A stretch of 64,000 bases of DNA from a virus. Taxonomy: Duplodnaviria; Caudoviricetes. The position numbers and the translations under genes were made by a program. The stretch lies in the IMG/VR virus record IMGVR_UViG_3300044522_000179, positions 1-64,000 of that record. One strand, written 5' to 3'. The number at the start of each line of letters is the position of its first letter. Position 1 is the first letter of the stretch. This document shows positions 54,402-62,129 of this stretch, piece by piece. Below the pieces are notes generated by a model. It saw nothing but the letters and a program-made list of their open reading frames with translations, did no database searches and was not told where the DNA came from.

Positions 54402-56431
54402 TACTTTACCTTAATTTCACAATAGTCTGTTGTGCAATAGGCTTCGCCTTGCGCTTCAAGATTTTCTGCTCCATCATAAATAGCAGAAAAATCAATGTGC
54501 TTTAACTTGCCAACATATGACTCATATTGCTCTTCAGTAATACCTGTGTATGGTTGCTGTGGATAAACTGTGTTTCCCATTGGTAGGAATGAGACAGCCT
54601 TTAATTGTCCCTCGTACATATTGAGTGCTGGAACAATGTGCTTTGATTCTGTTTCTTTATCAAAAGATAATGTTACAGAAACACCATTGTCAGACCAATA
54701 CTTTTGAGCAGTTGCAGCAAGAGCAATCTTCTCAAACAATGTCACATCTTTTTCAGATCTTGGATGACCTGACTTAATTGGGAAGTAAACTACTGACGTG
54801 TTTGCTGATACTACGTCATCTTCAATTGTGTACCCTGCTGCTTTGAACAAATGAATCATTGGATCTGTGTTTCCAAAACGAACGGCACGAAGGAAGAACT
54901 CTCCTCCAGGACCCCAGTGAACTCCAGGAGTTGCACCAGAAAGAATTGAAACTGATCCTGATGGCTTAACTGTTGTTACACGAATTGATTCACGAACACA
55001 CAGCCATTCTGAATACTGGTGATCATAATGACGAATCTTGTTATAACCTTCATCCATCCATTCACGAACAACTGGCAAACCCTTTTGATCTGCAAATGAT
55101 GCAATACCAGTAAGCGATGTACCAATACGACGGTTGCGTTGCATGATACCGTTTGTTTGTGGCCAGTGTGTTGGAACAAGTGTTACAGTCTTTCCATAAA
55201 GATATGCAAACTTCAGGGTACGCAGGAAGTCCTCCTTAGATTCATGACGATTTAAGTGTACTTCTACAAGTGTACATAATTCGTATGACTCCAATGGCTG
55301 CTCCGCACAGGGGTTAAAGCCCATCACACGATAGTCTTTTCCATCTGGCGCATCCTTTAGCCTGCCATAATTACGAGCAACATCAAGCCAGATAAAACCT
55401 GGTTCTCCGTTTTCCGTAATTAAATCTACATAGTCTTCGTACTTTGTTCCTACTTCTGCTGAAATAGAATTATTAGACATCCAAGCCCATCCTGGATTTT
55501 CTGGATCAAACGAGTTACGCTCTGGGAATAGTTCTGAATTCTTTAGATTCATAAATGTTTCATCCCCCGCATTTCCCAAAGCAAGTGTTGCTGAGCGTCG
55601 AACATTGCCTGATACCACGCAGGTGCCAATGAGGTTTACAAGGTCTACGATAGCACGAGAGTCTAGTGTTTCACCCGCTCTGGAGCCGATTACACGGTCT
55701 ATATGGTCATGCAACTTGATAAGAGGTGCAGGTCCTGATGCAACGCCTCCAAAACCCTTGATGGGGGCTCCTAGGGGCCTAATCGAGTCGTAGTTAAACT
55801 TCTGAATACTCTGGTTTGCTCTTAGGTATGAGTTGATAAGAAGTCGTACTGACTCTACCCATCCTTCACGAGTGTCTGGGATTTCGAACACCTGTTCTGG
55901 TTCTGTTGGGGCATAGATTGAGAAATGCTTATCCTGTCCTACTGTATCAAACCCTACACCAATTCCAAGCATAAGTGCATCCATGACCCAAGCAAACAGG
56001 GCTCCTGGATCATTCTTATCAAGATCTTTTGTAGATACCATTGCACAATTTTGTAGTGCTGCTGAATTCTTTTTCTCCATGGTCATAGGAGTTCCAAATG
56101 CCCACATGCCTCGTCCTGGTGGTGTCCACTTTAATTCAAACATTCTTTGGAATGCTTCCTGTGCAGATTTCTGAGCCTTATAGTCATTCCATGGTAGACG
56201 GTTCTCTTTAGCATGATTCTTCTGAACTGAATACATACCCTCGATTACACGACGACAAACCTCGTGCCATCTTTCTTTAGTTCCATCTTCCTTCATACGA
56301 GAATACGTACGAATAAAAGTAATTTCTCCAAGTGAATTTTCTGCTGCATCCTTAAACCCAAATGGGCTTTCTTGGCTCTTGTACTTTTCTACGAAGTCCT
56401 CTGGAAGTTTAAAACTAAAAAAATCTGACAT
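54401..56431 (-). CDS. nrdJ: Class II (adenosylcobalamin-dependent) ribonucleotide reductase, monomeric RTPR type
   Basis: RTYSR, PPGRG, LQNC, GNVRRSA, NPCAEQ...ELCTLVE, TTVKPSGSVS, C-terminal CTTDYC; no ATP cone or beta subunit. Confidence 0.92.
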   Translation of the reverse strand: MSDFFSFKLPEDFVEKYKSQESPFGFKDAAENSLGEITFIRTYSRMKEDGTKERWHEVCRRVIEGMYSVQKNHAKENRLPWNDYKAQKSAQEAFQRMFELKWTPPGRGMWAFGTPMTMEKKNSAALQNCAMVSTKDLDKNDPGALFAWVMDALMLGIGVGFDTVGQDKHFSIYAPTEPEQVFEIPDTREGWVESVRLLINSYLRANQSIQKFNYDSIRPLGAPIKGFGGVASGPAPLIKLHDHIDRVIGSRAGETLDSRAIVDLVNLIGTCVVSGNVRRSATLALGNAGDETFMNLKNSELFPERNSFDPENPGWAWMSNNSISAEVGTKYEDYVDLITENGEPGFIWLDVARNYGRLKDAPDGKDYRVMGFNPCAEQPLESYELCTLVEVHLNRHESKEDFLRTLKFAYLYGKTVTLVPTHWPQTNGIMQRNRRIGTSLTGIASFADQKGLPVVREWMDEGYNKIRHYDHQYSEWLCVRESIRVTTVKPSGSVSILSGATPGVHWGPGGEFFLRAVRFGNTDPMIHLFKAAGYTIEDDVVSANTSVVYFPIKSGHPRSEKDVTLFEKIALAATAQKYWSDNGVSVTLSFDKETESKHIVPALNMYEGQLKAVSFLPMGNTVYPQQPYTGITEEQYESYVGKLKHIDFSAIYDGAENLEAQGEAYCTTDYCEIKVK

Positions 56432-56465
56432 GTGTATCGTCCTTTCAAAAACGGATTAAGTCCTA

Positions 56466-56474
56466 AGTATAGCA
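56466..56474 (-). promoter_or_regulatory. Extended -10 TGCTATACT upstream of nrdJ, next to an inverted repeat (AGAGTTTT-N9-AAAACTCT)
   Basis: Seen directly in the intergenic sequence. Confidence 0.65.
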
Positions 56475-56536
56475 GAGTTTTATGAAAAGCAAAACTCTCC
56501 CTAAAGCAATGGTTTATAGTTATTTAAAAGTAATTA

Positions 56537-57136
56537 CTAAATACGTTTTTCTGGATGCTCAGATAGTAATTTTAATATTTCAAGATCTATATCATAAAAA
56601 GAAAGATGTTGTGTTTTTTTAAAAAATTCTAAACGCAAGTCTTCATTGCGATTTTCCTCAAATACTACATTTCTATATTTTTCTGTGCTTAAAGGGTGGC
56701 CTGAAGACTTAAAGGCTTCTGGGTTTAATTCTGGTTTTGGACAATTGTTGTCTAAAGAATAAAAAATTTTATAAATTGTACTATCTATATCTTTAATTAA
56801 ATCATTAAAAACAATATAATAAGAGTTGTCACTTAATTTTATGTTTTTTAAAAAGTTTAAATAGTTATTTTTAAAAATTTTAAAAACATCATCTATGCCA
56901 TCAAACTTTTTATCCTCATAGTCAAAAATAAGAATAGATAAAAAAACATCTTTTGGGTTTCTTATTATAGTTAAACATTTATCGTACTTATTTTTTAATA
57001 AAAGGGATGGATTGTGCTGTCCAAACTCACAAAAATCGTAATCAAGTCTATTCTCATTAATGTATAAATTAATCATATATTGTAAAAAGTTATTTCCACT
57101 TCTTGGTGGACTAGATACAACTGTTTTATTGTTCAT
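56537..57136 (-). CDS. Sulfotransferase-like (P-loop) accessory protein
   Basis: SPPRSGNNFL (5'-PSB-like), IIRNPKDVFLS (3'-PB-like), IVFNDL; very AT-rich. Confidence 0.7.
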   Translation of the reverse strand: MNNKTVVSSPPRSGNNFLQYMINLYINENRLDYDFCEFGQHNPSLLLKNKYDKCLTIIRNPKDVFLSILIFDYEDKKFDGIDDVFKIFKNNYLNFLKNIKLSDNSYYIVFNDLIKDIDSTIYKIFYSLDNNCPKPELNPEAFKSSGHPLSTEKYRNVVFEENRNEDLRLEFFKKTQHLSFYDIDLEILKLLSEHPEKRI

Positions 57137-57264
57137 TTAAAAGTCATCACTGCATGCTTGCCTGTTCCCGTGCATCTTTCACATATTGTTTTTGATGCTG
57201 AAGTAACTGGACACTGCTGTGTTATAATTTTGTGGCCAAAGATTAAACACTTAATTTTGTTCAA
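57133..57264 (-). CDS. 43-aa Cys/His protein (DUF1660-like) MNKIKCLIFGHKIITQQCPVTSASKTICERCTGTGKHAVMTFK
   Basis: Hand translation; TTGA and ATGA overlaps with both neighbours; C-x3-GH...C-x-RC pattern. Confidence 0.7.
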   Translation of the reverse strand: MNKIKCLIFGHKIITQQCPVTSASKTICERCTGTGKHAVMTFK

Positions 57265-57893
57265 AGATTTATCCAAATTGGATCTGTTGCGCCTGAACTT
57301 GCTGGAGCAATATCATAAGCAATAGTAATTCTTGGCTTATCTTCATACCAGTCATCTCTTCCATGTGGGTGTCCTGTTTCTGAAATAATTGCTCTATTGT
57401 TTTTGTTATGATTTTCAAATGGAGTATTGTTATTAATACTATAATAAGTTATTGATGGCTCAGCATTTACACAATAGTAACCATGAAATACTGGTGCACC
57501 TTCTCCACCCATATGATCATGCATAAATACATCATTTTTTAATGGGTTTACTCCAGAACCACCTTCTGTTTTTGGATCTAAGTTGTACCATCCATGGACT
57601 TTATATTGCATTTTCTCAAAGTCAATACCGTAGTATTCTGCAGCCTCTTGTATGGCCTCTTTGAGGGCTTCTTTGAGGGCTTTAATTCCTGGGTGATCAA
57701 AGTCAAAAACATTATAAAACATTCCCAACTGTGTAGTTGGACCATTATAAATACTGTATTTAGACAAAGTTTCTTCTGGAATATTACCAATTTTTCCACT
57801 TAAAATTTCTAACTGCTTAGACTTTAAGTATGTGTAAAGGCTGTCTAAATCATTTTCTAAAAATCTTTCAAAAAACTTATGTTCTTTTTTCAT
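57261..57893 (-). CDS. Putative 2OG-Fe(II) oxygenase (HxH type)
   Basis: GWYN...MHDH...FHGYYCV...GHPHG...RITIAYDI; start moved to MKKEHK. Confidence 0.7.
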   Translation of the reverse strand: MKKEHKFFERFLENDLDSLYTYLKSKQLEILSGKIGNIPEETLSKYSIYNGPTTQLGMFYNVFDFDHPGIKALKEALKEAIQEAAEYYGIDFEKMQYKVHGWYNLDPKTEGGSGVNPLKNDVFMHDHMGGEGAPVFHGYYCVNAEPSITYYSINNNTPFENHNKNNRAIISETGHPHGRDDWYEDKPRITIAYDIAPASSGATDPIWINL

Positions 57894-58549
57894 ACAAGAG
57901 GAATCCAATGCTGCTCTTGATTCATTGCAAATTTTTGAAGATCTCTTAATGGAATTATGTCATAGGCAACTGTAATTCTTGGACCTTCCCAATCCCAATC
58001 AGCCATTGCATGTGGATGACCCATTTCAGAAAGAACAGCACGGTTGTTTATATTGTTATTTTCTATTTCTTTGTCAAATACTAGATAATGTGTTTTTGAT
58101 GGTTCTGCTGCTACTGAATAGTACCCGTGAAAATTTGGAGCACCAAATGGACCATGATCGTGCCAGTCTAATTTTCCTTTTCCAGTATGAGTAATATTAA
58201 ACCAGCCCTGAACCATAAATTTTTCTTTATTAAAATCAAGTCCATAATAATCACAAGCCTCAACTACCATAGACCTTACTGCTCCGTAAAGATTATGAAT
58301 TCCTGTTGAGTGAAACTGAAAAACATTATATTGTCTCCATTTCATGGTAGACACACTATTAGACTGCTTCCATATTTCATTTTCTCCAACAGCAGAGACA
58401 CCAATTAGTTTAGCCTGTTCAATTTTTGCATATCTATCTTGTAATTCAGCAGAAAGAACTGGCAAATTATTGTCTAAAAATCTTTCAAAAAACTTATGTG
58501 GTTGACTTGATGTGCTTACACTTTTTGGTTTATTTGGATCAAATTGCAT
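57890..58549 (-). CDS. Putative 2OG-Fe(II) oxygenase (HxH type), paralog of 57261..57893
   Basis: HKFFERFL, YNVF, GWFN, WHDH, FHGYYSV, GHPHA, RITVAYDI. Confidence 0.7.
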   Translation of the reverse strand: MQFDPNKPKSVSTSSQPHKFFERFLDNNLPVLSAELQDRYAKIEQAKLIGVSAVGENEIWKQSNSVSTMKWRQYNVFQFHSTGIHNLYGAVRSMVVEACDYYGLDFNKEKFMVQGWFNITHTGKGKLDWHDHGPFGAPNFHGYYSVAAEPSKTHYLVFDKEIENNNINNRAVLSEMGHPHAMADWDWEGPRITVAYDIIPLRDLQKFAMNQEQHWIPLV

Positions 58550-58573
58550 GCTTTCTCCATTCGTAGTTTATTT

Positions 58574-58582
58574 AGTATACCA
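58574..58582 (-). promoter_or_regulatory. Extended -10 TGGTATACT for the oxygenase operon
   Basis: Immediately downstream of the terminator hairpin. Confidence 0.7.
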
Positions 58583-58583
58583 T

Positions 58584-58613
58584 AAAAAGATAAAGCCCTC
58601 AATTTATGAGGGC
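58584..58613 (-). terminator. Rho-independent terminator after the FN3 gene
   Basis: Minus strand GCCCTCA-taaat-TGAGGGC-TTTATCTTTTT. Confidence 0.75.
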
Positions 58614-58647
58614 AAAATCTTAATATAGACCTTTAACTAGATTATTT

Positions 58648-59763
58648 TTAGCCACGGCTATAAGGTGAGAATGGTGAGAAACCAAATGGTGAGAAACCAA
58701 ATGGTGAGAAACCAAACGGTGAGAAACCAAACGGTGAGAAACCAAACGGAGAAAATCCAAATACTCCAAATGGGGAGAATCCAAATACTCCGAACGGAGA
58801 GAAACCAAATACTGCAAATGGAGAGAATCCAAATACTGCAAATGGTGTAAACGAGAATGCTGATGTAATTGATCCAGATGCTGCAGAAGTTGAAGAACTT
58901 CCATTTGCATTGTCAGCACGGACTGTGTATGTCTGGGCTGTTCCAGATTCTTGTGAAACAACTACTGATGTAGAGCCTGTGTTTCCAGTTTTTCCATCAG
59001 AACATGTCCAATAGTAATTTGTAATTGCAGATCCACCATTTGCTGGTGCTGACCATGAAACTGTATCATTTGCAGTTGCTGCTGCTCCCTGCGCTGCTGC
59101 GCCACCTACTGCTGCTGTAGTTGCTGTTGGAGCAGATGGAGTGTTTGGCACAGTTGTTGCAGTAATTGTATTAGATGCTGAAGAGTATGTTGAGTCTCCA
59201 TTTGCATTTGTTGCTTTAACTGTAAAAGTGTAGGCAGTATTTGATGAAAGACCTGCAACTGATATTGGACTTGTTGCACCAGTACCAGTATGTGACCCAG
59301 ATGACAACACTGTATAACCAGTAATTGCAGATCCACCTGTTGTACCAGCAGTAAATGTTACTGAGGCTAAACCATTGTTAAACGCTCTTGTTGATGGACT
59401 ATTTGTTGCAGTTCCAATTGTTGGTGCTTGAGGTACTGTTGTAACTGTTACAGAGTTAGATGCAGCAGATGCTGGACCAGTTCCTTCAGCGTTAGTTCCT
59501 GTTACTGTAAAAGTTGCTGTTGCTGCTGAAGCAATTCCAGTTACAATAATTGGAGATGATGCCCCAGTTGCTGTTTGTCCTGTGCTTGCTGTTACAGTAA
59601 AAGATGTCGCAGCATTAGGCCCTGTAGGGGTAAATGTTACTGATACAGCGCCATTGTCATAAGGACGGGCTGTTCCAACATTTGTTGCTGTACCTATCGT
59701 TGGTGCATATGGGGTAAGGAAGTCATTTGCTCCCTGACTCATTCTACCTGCTTGCTTTGACAT
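58648..59763 (-). CDS. Fibronectin type III repeat protein (3 domains) with a C-terminal (FGFSP)n tail
   Basis: P-x-APT...GGSAITGYTV...YTFTVKATNANG motifs three times; no signal peptide; last gene of the fibre cluster. Confidence 0.85.
   Translation of the reverse strand: MSKQAGRMSQGANDFLTPYAPTIGTATNVGTARPYDNGAVSVTFTPTGPNAATSFTVTASTGQTATGASSPIIVTGIASAATATFTVTGTNAEGTGPASAASNSVTVTTVPQAPTIGTATNSPSTRAFNNGLASVTFTAGTTGGSAITGYTVLSSGSHTGTGATSPISVAGLSSNTAYTFTVKATNANGDSTYSSASNTITATTVPNTPSAPTATTAAVGGAAAQGAAATANDTVSWSAPANGGSAITNYYWTCSDGKTGNTGSTSVVVSQESGTAQTYTVRADNANGSSSTSAASGSITSAFSFTPFAVFGFSPFAVFGFSPFGVFGFSPFGVFGFSPFGFSPFGFSPFGFSPFGFSPFGFSPFSPYSRG
58663..58860 (-). repeat. Coding tandem repeat: 4 x 24-bp (F[A/G]VFGFSP) plus 5 x 15-bp (FGFSP) units
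   Basis: Plus strand shows ggtgagaaaccaaa(t/c) units and longer degenerate units. Confidence 0.95.
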
Positions 59764-59793
59764 ATTTAATCTCCCTTGTTTCTTTAATTTTTA

Positions 59794-61581
59794 TTATGCT
59801 GACAAATCTCCGAAGACTAACCATCCTGCTGCAGTCTTCATTGCTGTAACTACTGAGTTTGTAGTTCTAAACTTAAGTCCTGGTGTTCCTACTACGCTGT
59901 TGGTTGCAGCAAATGATGCTCCAGTTCCTGATGCTTGGTAGAAATCAATTGACTGACCAGTAGAGTATCCTGATGCAGGAAGAGTAATGACTACTGTTCC
60001 AGCAACTGGTATAAACTTATCTTGTTCTCCTGCTGCAAGTGTTCCTGTTGCTGCAAAAGATGATCCAAATGCTGTTATAGAAGGAACTCCGACCTTTGTT
60101 TGTGTACCGTCTGAAAATACGATACCAGCAGATGGAGTTACTGTTGTTGCTTCAAATGCTGCAACCTTAAGATCATCAAGTGATCCCTCTGTAAAGTCTA
60201 CTGTTGTTGAAGGCTCTGTAGTGACTCCCTTGAACAACTTCCACTTAGCATCAGATACATCTCTAACAAGACCTGCATGCTTATTTGCACCATCATTGTA
60301 ACCAACGACAAGACCTAAGTCTACGGTGTTTGCTGCATTTTGGTGAGCAAGTTGAAGCATGTTATCTTCGATTGTAATAGATGTTGCTGATGCATTAAAT
60401 GTTGTACCGTTTACAGTTAAGTTTCCATTAACAACAACATCGTTTGTTGATGTTACTGTTCCTGTAAATGTTGGTGCAGAAAGATTAGCCTTAAGATCAA
60501 GCGCTGTTTGTGTAGCAGTTGATACTGGCTTGTTTGCATCTGATGTATTATCAACAGATCCAAGCCCAACCATAGTTGATGTGATACCAGAAACAGTACC
60601 TGTAAATGTTGGTGAAGCAAGTGGTGACTTTAGATCAAGGGCAGTCTGAGTTGCTGTAGAAACTGGCTTGTTAGCATCTGAAGTATTGTCAACATTTGCA
60701 AGGCCTACTGAAGACTTTGTTAGTGCTGCTACTGCAGTTGTTACTGCTCCGTCAGCATATGTCTTAGTTGCTAATGCTGCAGTGTCTTCGATACCGTGAA
60801 CATTTGTTGTATCAGCATTGTGATCTGAAATCTTTGTGTCTGCTGCAGTTCCTGCTGCAGTAATTGCTTCTGACTTTGCTGTTGTAGCAACGCCTTCTGC
60901 ATATGTCTTTGTTGATAAGGCTGCTGCATCTGCAATACCGTGCACATTTAATGTAACGGCAGCGTGGTCAGTAATATCCTGCATTTCTGCAAGAAGTGCA
61001 GTATTTGCAATTCCATGAACTGATGTTGTAACAGAAGCATGGTTTGTTATGTCTGTAAGTCTAGCAAGTAGTGCTGTATCTGTAATTCCATGCACATCTG
61101 TTGTGTCTTCCCTGTGACTTTCTATATTTGCGGTAGTTGCTAGAAGTGAAGTATCTGCAATTCCGTGAATGCTTGTTGAGTCGTTTGAGTGTGTTGTAAC
61201 TGATGAATCTGCATATGACTGTGTTGCAAGTAGTGCTGTATTTGCAATACCGTGAATATTTGTTTGATCTGTTTCATGAGTAGAAAGGGCTGTTCCTGTA
61301 GCAGTAATTGCTGTGTTCATTGTTGTTAAAAATGCTGGGTCATCTCCAATTGAATATGCCAACTCATTAAGAGTATTTAGAAGATCTGGGGCACCGTCAA
61401 CAATTGCTGCTAGTTCGGCTGCATTAGCAAAATACTGTAGGGCTGACCATGTTGATGATCCGTTACCCATCTTAAACTTACTTGTGTCGGTCTCAAAACC
61501 GATTTCTCCTGCTGCGAGGATTGGGTTAGCAGCCGTCCATTGTGCTGCAGTACCTCTGCGCTGTTGCATTCTTGTTGCCAT
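59794..61581 (-). CDS. Tail fibre/appendage protein with Mtd-like N-terminal domain and HGI repeats
   Basis: MATRMQQRRGTAAQW...GEIGFETDT...KMGNG; six T-x-(V/I)HGI-x-(D/N) repeats; two NTSDANKPVSTA repeats. Confidence 0.8.
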   Translation of the reverse strand: MATRMQQRRGTAAQWTAANPILAAGEIGFETDTSKFKMGNGSSTWSALQYFANAAELAAIVDGAPDLLNTLNELAYSIGDDPAFLTTMNTAITATGTALSTHETDQTNIHGIANTALLATQSYADSSVTTHSNDSTSIHGIADTSLLATTANIESHREDTTDVHGITDTALLARLTDITNHASVTTSVHGIANTALLAEMQDITDHAAVTLNVHGIADAAALSTKTYAEGVATTAKSEAITAAGTAADTKISDHNADTTNVHGIEDTAALATKTYADGAVTTAVAALTKSSVGLANVDNTSDANKPVSTATQTALDLKSPLASPTFTGTVSGITSTMVGLGSVDNTSDANKPVSTATQTALDLKANLSAPTFTGTVTSTNDVVVNGNLTVNGTTFNASATSITIEDNMLQLAHQNAANTVDLGLVVGYNDGANKHAGLVRDVSDAKWKLFKGVTTEPSTTVDFTEGSLDDLKVAAFEATTVTPSAGIVFSDGTQTKVGVPSITAFGSSFAATGTLAAGEQDKFIPVAGTVVITLPASGYSTGQSIDFYQASGTGASFAATNSVVGTPGLKFRTTNSVVTAMKTAAGWLVFGDLSA

Positions 61582-61621
61582 TTATTATCTCCTTTATGGG
61601 GGCTGCCCATTAACTTATCTT

Positions 61622-61630
61622 ATTATAACA
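61622..61630 (-). promoter_or_regulatory. Extended -10 TGTTATAAT
   Basis: Intergenic, upstream of RBS AAGGAG and the ATG at 61581. Confidence 0.6.
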
Positions 61631-61638
61631 CCCAATTT

Positions 61639-62094
61639 TTAATTGAAGTTATCTACTACACTACCGCCATCAAATACAACTGTCCAAACTGTTGAGTCTG
61701 GGCCACCTGCATCCAAACCTACACCCAATGGGCTGTTGAATGATCCACCTTCATAGAACTGGGATACTATGAAACCAGTTCCATCAATTGCGGTATCGTG
61801 GATATGCTGTGGTAGATTATTTGTATCATCAATAGTTGCCTGGGTATACCATGCTCCATTGTAATAGAAATTGACTCTGTTTGTTGCAGTGTCTAACCAC
61901 TGTGTTCCGTTAGTTGGTGAAGAAGGAGCAGTTGATGAAACAACCATAGATCCTGTTAATGAATCTACATACTCCTTAGTTGCTGCGTGTGACGCTGATG
62001 TAGGTGCTCCTACTGTCACTGCACTTCCGAATGTACCGCCGTTTGCTACGACTAATCCATTCTTGACTCTGAAGTCTTTATCGACTGTTGCCAT
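61639..62094 (-). CDS. Short tail fibre-associated protein
   Basis: HAATKEYVD and TAPSSPTNGTQWLDT...YYNGAW fibre motifs; N-terminus shared with 62130..63893. Confidence 0.7.
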   Translation of the reverse strand: MATVDKDFRVKNGLVVANGGTFGSAVTVGAPTSASHAATKEYVDSLTGSMVVSSTAPSSPTNGTQWLDTATNRVNFYYNGAWYTQATIDDTNNLPQHIHDTAIDGTGFIVSQFYEGGSFNSPLGVGLDAGGPDSTVWTVVFDGGSVVDNFN

Positions 62095-62129
62095 TTACTG
62101 CTCCTTCTTCCAACTATTTTTATTTTTTA

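Noticed and set aside
7003-56431. Inteins, introns or stop-codon recoding in terL, dnaE, dnaB, recA or nrdJ
   Set aside because: All are uninterrupted and of expected length in the standard code, and TAA, TAG and TGA all serve as stops.
56432-56536. Cobalamin riboswitch or NrdR box upstream of nrdJ
   Set aside because: The gap is too short and AT-rich; only a promoter and a short inverted repeat are visible.
58663-58860. 15/24-bp tandem repeats as a CRISPR array or iteron origin
   Set aside because: No unique spacers; unit lengths are multiples of three with synonymous variation, so the repeat is protein-coding.
58620-58961. Alternative-frame ORFs over the repeat (LVSHH/LVSHR and MVRNQ repeats)
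   Set aside because: By-products of the repeat; variation is silent only in the FGFSP frame, which is continuous with the FN3 gene.
59794-61581. Diversity-generating retroelement suggested by the Mtd-like N-terminus
   Set aside because: No reverse transcriptase and no TR/VR pair with adenine-specific mismatches in this window; the repeats between fibre genes differ mainly at synonymous sites.
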